64,000 bases of DNA from Deltaproteobacteria bacterium (lineage in GTDB: Bacteria; Desulfobacterota; Syntrophia; Syntrophales; Smithellaceae), in NCBI GenBank assembly GCA_012729055.1, contig JAAYDW010000056.1, forward strand, positions 5,691-69,690. Reading direction: 5' to 3'. Below, in pieces: positions 57,328 through 64,000 of this stretch (within the stretch, counting starts at the first letter, position 1; every line of letters begins with the position of its first letter). A model generated the notes under the pieces. It was given only the letters and a program-made list of their open reading frames with translations, was not told where the DNA came from and ran no database searches. Position numbers and translations under genes: made by a program.

Positions 57328-58305
57328 ATGATTGTCGTTACGGGCGGCGCTGGATTCATCGGCAGCGCCTTTGTGTGGAAGCTCAACCGGGAAGGCGTGG
57401 ACGATATCGTCATCGTCGACCATCTGGGGACGTCGGACAAATGGAAAAATCTGGTGAACCTGCGGTTTGCCGACTACATTCATAAAGACGAATTTTATAC
57501 CATGGTCTGCGACGACGATGTGCCGTTCGACGTCCGCGCCGTGGTGCACATGGGCGCCTGCTCCTCGACGACCGAGCGGGACGCGGATTACCTGTGGGAA
57601 AACAATTTTCTCTACACGCGCACGCTGGCCGAATGGGCGCTCGACCACGAGGTCCGTTTCCTTTACGCCAGCTCCGCCGCAACTTACGGAGACGGGACGC
57701 AAGGCTTTTCCGATGACCATGCCGGCATTGCCGCGCTGCGGCCGATCAACATGTACGGCTACTCCAAGCAGGCATTCGACCTGTGGGCGCTGAGGCAAAA
57801 GCTTGCCGACCGGATGGCGGGGATCAAGTTTTTCAATGTTTTCGGCCCCAACGAATACCACAAGGGCGACATGACCAGCGTCATCTTCAAGGCCTTCCAC
57901 CAGATTCGGGAAACGGGGCGGGTTCGGTTGTTCAAATCCTACCGGCCCGAGTACGCCGACGGCAGCCAGCTGCGGGATTTCGTGTATGTCAAAGACTGCG
58001 TGAACGCGCTGTGGTGGCTTTTGCAGCATCCGAAGATAAACGGCATTTTCAACCTCGGCACGGGCAAGGCCCGCACCTGGAACGACCTGATCAAGGCGGT
58101 CTTTGCCGCCATGAATCTTGCGCCAAATATCGAATACATCGAGATGCCCGAAGGATTGCGCAATCAGTACCAGTATTTTACTGAGGCGGAGATGACCAAG
58201 CTCAAAAAGGCCGGCTGCCCGGCGGATTTTTCCGCGCTGGAGGATTCCGTCCGCGATTACGTGACAAACTATCTGCAGAAGGCCGATCCGCACATGGGGG
58301 AATAA
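57328..58305 (+). CDS. hldD: ADP-L-glycero-D-manno-heptose 6-epimerase
   Basis: MIVVTGGAGFIGS, HMGACSSTTE, LYASSAATYG, YGYSK and RDFVYV are closely parallel to E. coli HldD as I recall it. An AGAGGAG RBS is present. Confidence 0.9.
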   Translation: MIVVTGGAGFIGSAFVWKLNREGVDDIVIVDHLGTSDKWKNLVNLRFADYIHKDEFYTMVCDDDVPFDVRAVVHMGACSSTTERDADYLWENNFLYTRTLAEWALDHEVRFLYASSAATYGDGTQGFSDDHAGIAALRPINMYGYSKQAFDLWALRQKLADRMAGIKFFNVFGPNEYHKGDMTSVIFKAFHQIRETGRVRLFKSYRPEYADGSQLRDFVYVKDCVNALWWLLQHPKINGIFNLGTGKARTWNDLIKAVFAAMNLAPNIEYIEMPEGLRNQYQYFTEAEMTKLKKAGCPADFSALEDSVRDYVTNYLQKADPHMGE

Positions 58306-58306
58306 A

Positions 58307-59062
58307 ATGAAAAGAGACATTATCTGCATCATCCCCGCGCGCTATGAATCGAGCCGGTTTCCCGGCAAGCCCCTGGCTGATCTGCTGGGAAAACCGATGA
58401 TCCAGCACGTGTATGAAAGGGTCGCGCAGGCCAAAGCCATTCCCTATGTCGCGGTGGCGACAGACGATGAAAGAATTTACAATGCTGTGAAAGCGTTCGG
58501 CGGATACGCGATTATGACGGCCGCGACGCACCGCTCCGGTACGGACCGGATTGCCGAAGCCGTCCGGTCGCTCAATCTTTCTCCGGCGGCGATCGTCGTC
58601 AATATTCAGGGCGATCAGCCCATCTTCGAGCCGGCGCAGGTCGATGAAGTGATCGCGCCGCTCGTCGCCGATCCCGCAGCGGTCATGTCCACGCTTGTCT
58701 ATAAAATCGTTTTGCCGGAAGAAATTTCGCACCCGCACGCGGTCAAGGTGGTGTGTGACACTGAAGGCAACGCCCTGTATTTTTCTCGGGCAACCATTCC
58801 TTTCGTGCGCGATAAAAAGCTTGTGGCCGATTATTACAAGCACCACGGCATTTACGCGTACCGCCGGGATTTTCTCGACACCTTCACAAAATTACCCGAG
58901 GGCAAGCTGGAAAAACTCGAGGCGCTTGAGCAGCTGCGCGCTCTGGAATACGGCTACAAAATCAAAGTCGTCATCACCCCGCACGATTCCGTGGAAGTGG
59001 ACAACGCCGAGGAGCTCGACCGCGTGCGCCGGATCCTCCTGGAAGGACGCTCCACCCCGTAG
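58307..59062 (+). CDS. kdsB: 3-deoxy-manno-octulosonate cytidylyltransferase (CMP-KDO synthetase)
   Basis: IIPARYESSRFPGKPL, GTDR, NIQGDQP and LEQLRALEYGYKI motifs. Confidence 0.95.
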   Translation: MKRDIICIIPARYESSRFPGKPLADLLGKPMIQHVYERVAQAKAIPYVAVATDDERIYNAVKAFGGYAIMTAATHRSGTDRIAEAVRSLNLSPAAIVVNIQGDQPIFEPAQVDEVIAPLVADPAAVMSTLVYKIVLPEEISHPHAVKVVCDTEGNALYFSRATIPFVRDKKLVADYYKHHGIYAYRRDFLDTFTKLPEGKLEKLEALEQLRALEYGYKIKVVITPHDSVEVDNAEELDRVRRILLEGRSTP

Positions 59063-59083
59063 ACGCGTCTCCCAGCCCCCGAT

Positions 59084-59635
59084 TTACTTCCGTTCTTCCG
59101 TCAATTGCCCTTTCAACAGGCGAAACGTTCTTGCGGTCCGTGTTTTGGGACAGCAGGAGGGATCCTTCGGTCCGTGGGTGTCGTAATCGACCAGGATTTT
59201 TCCAGACCGGATCCGCAGGGCATGAATTTTTATCCGGTCGCCCAGCACGATGGAATTGCTCTGGCGGATCGTCGGGTCCGAGGGCTTTGTGTAGAGCGCG
59301 GTCAGTTCAAAAAAACTGCCGCTGCCCATGGGAGAGGCGGCCAGGACCACGGCGGCGTCGTTTAGACGGTCTTTGTTCAGGTCTCCCACGCAATACTTCA
59401 TCAGCCGAACGCTCAGAAAATCCTCGGGCGTTTTTCCCGTCTGAAAAAAACCGTTTTTCAACGGCGCCTGCCTTTTGGCAAACGCCAGGTCGTAGCGGTA
59501 ATTTTTCAGTGTCCCGGCCGCGACGCCGGATCCGGCGTCCGCCCGCGCCGCACAAAAAACCAGCGACAGCAGACAGCCCAAACACAGCAGCGCGCAAAAC
59601 GTCCGCTGCTCATTCGACGGAGGCGATGCAGACAT
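59084..59635 (-). CDS. Hypothetical secreted protein
   Basis: Signal-peptide-like N-terminus (FCALLCLGCLLSLVFCAARA). I recognise no family. The start is placed at MSASPPS, overlapping the upstream gene end by 26 nt. Confidence 0.5.
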   Translation of the reverse strand: MSASPPSNEQRTFCALLCLGCLLSLVFCAARADAGSGVAAGTLKNYRYDLAFAKRQAPLKNGFFQTGKTPEDFLSVRLMKYCVGDLNKDRLNDAAVVLAASPMGSGSFFELTALYTKPSDPTIRQSNSIVLGDRIKIHALRIRSGKILVDYDTHGPKDPSCCPKTRTARTFRLLKGQLTEERK

Positions 59636-61058
59636 AAGCGCTTTCCATGGATCCGTAACGGCGCGGGTAAACGGAATAAAAGACGACGCTTTTCCGGACA
59701 TTCGGCTGGAGCAGGCCGTAGTCGCCGCCGACGATGCCGGCAAGGTGATACCAGGGTCCGGACCGGCTCATCCGGTCGATGTACAAAATGGCGTTGTCTG
59801 CCGCCTGCGACTGGACCCACGCCGTCATTTCCCTTTGGGGCGGCAGCGCATAGTCTTCCGGTTTCATGGCCTGATATTTTTGCAGATCTTCTTTGAGCCG
59901 GGCCAGAGTCGCTTCGAGCGCCGGCAGATCCCCGGCCGCCACCTGTCCGCTTTTGCGCAGATCGATCCATCCCGCGTAGCGGCGGATTTCCAGCGCGATG
60001 GCGGTCTGCGTCGCGGCCAGGCAGGCTTTTTGGACGGTGGTCTGTTCCTCGCAGACGCTTTTGCAGGCCGCGAGGCTTTCAAACGGATCTTCGCCGCCGC
60101 AGCCGCCGTAGCTGAATTCCCGGCAGGTATTCGTTTTCGGGTCGTAGTAGGCGCGCCGAAAGTTCGCCTTGCATTGTCCGGGATCGGGCGTCAACCGGCA
60201 GCGGCGTTTGAGATCGACGGTTTCCTTCTTTTCATCGCTGAGGAGCCGGTTCAGATAAACAGCCGCCTCCCGATGACCGTTATACAGGCAAAAATCCACA
60301 TCCGCGGCGGAAGGCCTCAGCCCCTTTTGGGCGAGTAAACGCACAATGCCCATCGCGCCGGATTCGCAAACCGCCTGAAAAGTGACGCGCTGCGGATCGG
60401 CGCCCGCGGCGAGAAGCGCGCTCACAATATCTTCGTATCCCCGGCGCGCCGCTTCATGGAGCGCTTTGTCGTCGGTGCGGACGCCGTTTTGCAGGAGGAT
60501 AAGAGCCGCGTCTTTTTTCCCGCGGGCCAGGGCGTCGTTCAACAGGGCCGCGCTCCGGGGATTTTGCAGGTCGAAGCCCTTCCGGATAAACAGCTTTACC
60601 ACCGGCACGGCTTTTGCCGCGTCATCCCAGTAAACGATGCTGGCCAGCGGAGACCGGCCTTCCTTGTCGGCCCGGTTGACGTCCGCGCCGTTTTCCACCA
60701 AGAGCGAAACGGCTTCAAAGGCAAAATAGCTCATCGCTTCGTGCAGGGGCGTTCTTCCGTCCGCGTCCGCGGCGTTGACCGTCGCGCCTTTTTGAAGCAG
60801 GAGCGCGACGTTTCCCGCGTCGTTGCGAAACGCGGCGTAGTGCAGGAGAGTTTTTCCGCCGGCAAAGCGGGTGTTTGCGTCTTTTTGCGACAGGATGAAC
60901 TTTTCCATCCGCCCGGGATCGGCCGAGATTTTTTCCACCTCCGGGCGTGTGTCGCGGAAAAAATCGTCAAGCAGCCGGTCGCTCGCGGCTGCAACCGATG
61001 CGACCGCCAGTAAAAGAACGAAAACGATCCCGTTTACCAAAAGCATTTTTTTCTTCAT
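59610..61058 (-). CDS. Secreted ankyrin-repeat protein with an internal Kunitz/BPTI domain
   Basis: Signal peptide MKKKMLLVNGIVFVLLLAVASVAAAS. Ankyrin repeats are present (GKTLLHYAA..GN..VALLLQKGATVNAADADGRTPLHEA ...). The six-Cys Kunitz module follows. An AGGAAGGAGAG RBS is present. Confidence 0.85.
   Translation of the reverse strand: MKKKMLLVNGIVFVLLLAVASVAAASDRLLDDFFRDTRPEVEKISADPGRMEKFILSQKDANTRFAGGKTLLHYAAFRNDAGNVALLLQKGATVNAADADGRTPLHEAMSYFAFEAVSLLVENGADVNRADKEGRSPLASIVYWDDAAKAVPVVKLFIRKGFDLQNPRSAALLNDALARGKKDAALILLQNGVRTDDKALHEAARRGYEDIVSALLAAGADPQRVTFQAVCESGAMGIVRLLAQKGLRPSAADVDFCLYNGHREAAVYLNRLLSDEKKETVDLKRRCRLTPDPGQCKANFRRAYYDPKTNTCREFSYGGCGGEDPFESLAACKSVCEEQTTVQKACLAATQTAIALEIRRYAGWIDLRKSGQVAAGDLPALEATLARLKEDLQKYQAMKPEDYALPPQREMTAWVQSQAADNAILYIDRMSRSGPWYHLAGIVGGDYGLLQPNVRKSVVFYSVYPRRYGSMESAYVCIASVE
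60051..60200 (-). other. Kunitz/BPTI-type serine protease inhibitor domain
   Basis: CRLTPDPGQCKANFRRAYYDPKTNTCREFSYGGCGGEDPFESLAACKSVC. Cys spacing is C-8-C-15-C-7-C-11-C-3-C. The YGGCGG core is present. Lys follows Cys2, at the P1 position. Confidence 0.8.
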
Positions 61059-61108
61059 GCGTAAGCTCTCCTTCCTGCGGGCGGCGCGAGCGTCACCCTT
61101 TCTGCTCC

Positions 61109-63001
61109 TCATTTTAAAATGAGACGCAGGGGCACGGTCGGCACAAATTCGCCGGGCGTGGCCTTGACCCGCGTTTTAAAAGGCTCGCAGCCGTCGGCCG
61201 TGATCGTCAGATCATAGTCTCCCGCCTGCAGATCAAAAAAGGCGAAGTAGTTTTTATAGGCGAAATCCCGGGACGCGAGGAAGGCGGCCAGAACTTCCCG
61301 GTCCGTCATCTTCTCGACGGGAGCCAGAATCCGGGAAACGCCCGGTCCCGTTAAAGCAATCGAGCGGATCTTCACCTTTTCCGGCAATTCCTTGTAAAAG
61401 CCCCAGAAACTGTCGACCGCGGCCGTCGTCGCGTACATGAGATTGGCCACCATACCCCGTGGAATGAGCGTAAACCGCGCATCGGTAATCTGGCCGGCCT
61501 TGACGTCCAGCGTGATGTGGTCCGGAAGCGTTTTAAAACCGAGCGCGACGAGGCTGACATCGTACGTTTTCGGGACAATCGGCCCCGTTTCCTGCCGGGA
61601 CACAAAAGGATTGATCTTCAGTTGTTTTTCCTTTTCCTGTGTACCGGAAGGCGCCAGGACCAGCGACATCTGGGAAGGAATTTTCGTACCCGGCGGATCG
61701 AAGGCGTGTTCAATGTTCAGATAGCCCCGAGAGCGGACGTACGTTTTGTCCTTGTGCGTTTCGGTGCCGGCCAGAACGGCGTTAAAGTGCTTTATCATTT
61801 CCGGGCTGGACAGAATGCTGACGTGGTCTTCGTTGAGCCCGGTCACTTTCAGGGCGTCGGCCTGCGCCCGCGGGTCCAGCATGCTTTCGAGCGTGACGGT
61901 ATTGTCGTTGTTGGGGCGGAAAAGACTGCCGCCCCCCTTATGGCCGAAAAACAAATAGTAACGGATCGACGAATCGAGTTTTTTGGCAAAGAGGCGTTGA
62001 ATGTACGGGCTTTGCGGTTCCACGTCTTTCCAGCTGGGAATCACCGCAGGCGAGCTTTCCACGCCCGATTTCGCCCGCGGCTCGCCGCCCCAGGGCGTGG
62101 AGATCGACACGAAAAGTTTAACGGACTCGGTGAAGTTGCTGTCTTCGAGAAGGGTGGCGCGGGAAACAAGCCCTCCCATGCTGTGCGCGACTACATACAG
62201 CGTTTCGAATTCAAACTTCCGGTGTAGTTCATAGAGCTTTGTCTGCAGGAGAAAATAAACGGTATCGAGTCTTGCGCCGGAGGGATAATAAAAGATCCAG
62301 GGCTGATAGCGGGAGCGGTCCAGCTGATGAATGAAATAACGCCAGTCCTGGGGTGAACCGGCGGCGCCGTGCACGAACAGGATCGGGATTTTCTTTGCGT
62401 CGTAGGGTTCCAGAAAGCCGATGTTGCAGCCGGTTTTTTTGAAAAACTCCAGGGGAGCCCAGAAGCCGCTCAGTCCGTTTTCTGCCGAAAAGACCGGATC
62501 GTTGAGCGCAATGAGAGCGCCGGCCGATGTCGGAGGCTTCCTTTTGCCGCCGGAAAATTGGGCCAGCGGACGGGTCAGAAAGGAAGCCGGCTTCCGGATT
62601 TGTTCTGCCAGAATGATATCCAGGCCAAAGACCGCTCCTCCCATCTGCGTTTTTATTTTATCGGGTTTTCCGTAGAATCCCATCCATTCGCTCCGGTCGG
62701 GAGAAAGGGAGGCGTTGCCGTCTTCAAACGCGAAAATTTCATACCGGCCTTCCTGGACCAGCAATTCGTATTGTCCCGGTTCCGCGAGTACGGCGTAATC
62801 GGCAATTTTGATCACCCCGTCCGTGTTGCTGTAGGCGACGACAATAATTGGCTTTTGAAGCGGCGACTTGCTGATGACCTCGCCGAAAAGTAGGCAGGAA
62901 TCCTGGGAGATTTTGACATCTTCCCGCAGTTTGAGCAGAGCGCAGCCGCCCAGACTCGTCAGGATCAGGAAACAGATAATCAAGGCAACGGTCTTTTTCA
63001 T
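61109..63001 (-). CDS. Lipoprotein with a central alpha/beta-hydrolase (lipase/esterase, PGAP1-like) domain flanked by beta-sandwich-like domains
   Basis: Lipobox LGGC after a signal peptide. The motifs ILFVHGAAGSPQDW and the nucleophile elbow AHSMGG are present. Length is about 630 aa. Confidence 0.8.
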   Translation of the reverse strand: MKKTVALIICFLILTSLGGCALLKLREDVKISQDSCLLFGEVISKSPLQKPIIVVAYSNTDGVIKIADYAVLAEPGQYELLVQEGRYEIFAFEDGNASLSPDRSEWMGFYGKPDKIKTQMGGAVFGLDIILAEQIRKPASFLTRPLAQFSGGKRKPPTSAGALIALNDPVFSAENGLSGFWAPLEFFKKTGCNIGFLEPYDAKKIPILFVHGAAGSPQDWRYFIHQLDRSRYQPWIFYYPSGARLDTVYFLLQTKLYELHRKFEFETLYVVAHSMGGLVSRATLLEDSNFTESVKLFVSISTPWGGEPRAKSGVESSPAVIPSWKDVEPQSPYIQRLFAKKLDSSIRYYLFFGHKGGGSLFRPNNDNTVTLESMLDPRAQADALKVTGLNEDHVSILSSPEMIKHFNAVLAGTETHKDKTYVRSRGYLNIEHAFDPPGTKIPSQMSLVLAPSGTQEKEKQLKINPFVSRQETGPIVPKTYDVSLVALGFKTLPDHITLDVKAGQITDARFTLIPRGMVANLMYATTAAVDSFWGFYKELPEKVKIRSIALTGPGVSRILAPVEKMTDREVLAAFLASRDFAYKNYFAFFDLQAGDYDLTITADGCEPFKTRVKATPGEFVPTVPLRLILK

Positions 63002-63166
63002 AAACATCCTCCCGGCGGGAATGGTTCAGGACAATAACCATATTGCATTATTCTCCGTCATCTGCTTAAAAAAGCAGTGTCAAGCTACCAGAAGCTAAGC
63101 CGGGATTCAATATGAAAAGACGGGGGGCTTCCGTCCGCGGAGCTCTCCCTCCAGAGAGGAGTCAAG

Positions 63167-64000
63167 ATGATGGGACGGACAGGACGGTCATCCGGATGCT
63201 GGTCGGCGGGTCTTTTGCTGGCGGCGCTGGTGTGCGCGGCGGTTGCGGCCGCGGCGGAACCGGATCTTGAAAAGCGTCTGGCCGCGTGCGCCGGCCTTGG
63301 CGATCCGGCCGAGCGCCTGCGCTGTTATGACGGTCTGGCGGCCGGGCAGGCCCCGCCGGCCGATGGAAAGACTGAACATGTCTCGACAGAGCCGCCCGGA
63401 GGCGAAACCGCGGCGGAAAAAAGCGCCGAGCCGTCCGTTATGACCCGGCACTGGGATTTGGATCCGGCAAACCGCCGGCGTTCCTTTGTGCTGCGGCCTT
63501 ACCGGATGAATTATTTTCTGCCGGTGGCCTACAACGCGTCGCCCAATGACGAAACGAACCTGGAATACGATCCGGCGGCGAAGGCGCAGTTTAACGAGGC
63601 GAAGTTTCAGCTGAGCTTCAAGGCCAAGGTGTGGGAAGACGTATTTCAGGAGCCGCTTTCGGGTGTGTACGACAGCATCAAGGTCGTGAAGGGCATCGAT
63701 GTCTGGGTCACCTATACACAGCTCAGCTTCTGGCAGCTTTACAATTCCGCCTTTTCCTCGCCGTTTCGGGACACGAACTACGAGCCGGAACTGCTCGTCA
63801 ACCTGCGCACCGATTACGAGCTTCTGGGATTTAAGGGCCGCTATGTCCAGGTCGGCTTCAACCACCAGTCCAACGGCCGTTCGCGGCCCCTCTCCCGGAG
63901 CTGGAACCGCATCGTGGCCAACATCGGCCTGGAGAGAAAAAATCTCGGTGTGCAGCTCAAAACCTGGTACCGCCTGCCCGAAGATGCGGAAAAGGACGAT
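63167..64000 (+). CDS. pldA: Outer-membrane phospholipase A (OMPLA), 3' end beyond the window
   Basis: This ORF is not in the supplied track because it runs off the window. My own translation gives a signal peptide, RPYRMNYFLPVAYN, EAKFQLSFK, and the OMPLA catalytic block FNHQSNGRSRPLSRSWNR. An AGAGAGGAG RBS is present. Confidence 0.85.
   Translation, partial: MMGRTGRSSGCWSAGLLLAALVCAAVAAAAEPDLEKRLAACAGLGDPAERLRCYDGLAAGQAPPADGKTEHVSTEPPGGETAAEKSAEPSVMTRHWDLDPANRRRSFVLRPYRMNYFLPVAYNASPNDETNLEYDPAAKAQFNEAKFQLSFKAKVWEDVFQEPLSGVYDSIKVVKGIDVWVTYTQLSFWQLYNSAFSSPFRDTNYEPELLVNLRTDYELLGFKGRYVQVGFNHQSNGRSRPLSRSWNRIVANIGLERKNLGVQLKTWYRLPEDAEKDD

Noticed and set aside
63188-63865. 225-aa minus-strand ORF at the right edge of the window.
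   Set aside because: It is Arg-rich and low in complexity. The plus strand in the same region translates into an unmistakable OMPLA (HQSNG block), which the ORF track omitted because it runs off the window.

Overview
GC-rich chromosomal segment, probably from an anaerobic sulfite/sulfate-reducing bacterium of the Desulfobacterota (deltaproteobacterial) type. I found no rRNA, CRISPR array, transposase, integrase or phage gene. All calls rest on reading the supplied translations and the DNA by eye; no search or computation was run.

Gene content in order:
- 3' end of the dsrMKJOP sulfite-reduction membrane complex (dsrK partial, dsrJ, dsrO, dsrP), with ackA attached directly downstream.
- A cluster that reads as an organosulfonate module: xsc-like sulfoacetaldehyde acetyltransferase, SDR, a second ThDP enzyme, MFS transporter, Zn-ADH and a TetR regulator.
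- tRNA-Leu(CAG) with its own promoter and terminator, then ribF and asd.
- Several acyl-CoA ligases, and a visibly more AT-rich block (binding protein, ligase, PAS-LuxR regulator, hydrolase).
- A block of poorly characterised enzymes: PurC paralog, radical SAM, alpha-only ADP-forming acyl-CoA synthetase, Fe-S protein, HAD, ABM and Fe-ADH.
- An aspS-gatA-gatB operon, the lipA/gcvPB/PA/H/T operon, def, a HemN-like gene, selA, rluD and pgeF.
- A split ADP-forming acetyl-CoA synthetase, then hldD and kdsB.
- An envelope cluster: secreted ankyrin protein, lipase-like lipoprotein and OMPLA.

Findings most worth a second look:
1. An AspRS with a complete GatC domain fused to its C-terminus, followed by a truncated GatA whose amidase signature looks degenerate.
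2. The xsc/ackA organosulfonate module physically attached to dsrMKJOP, including a second ThDP enzyme of unknown substrate.
3. A secreted ankyrin-repeat protein carrying a Kunitz/BPTI inhibitor domain.
4. A promoter-to-terminator unit of about 190 nt with no annotated gene, which could be an sRNA or a leaderless micro-ORF.
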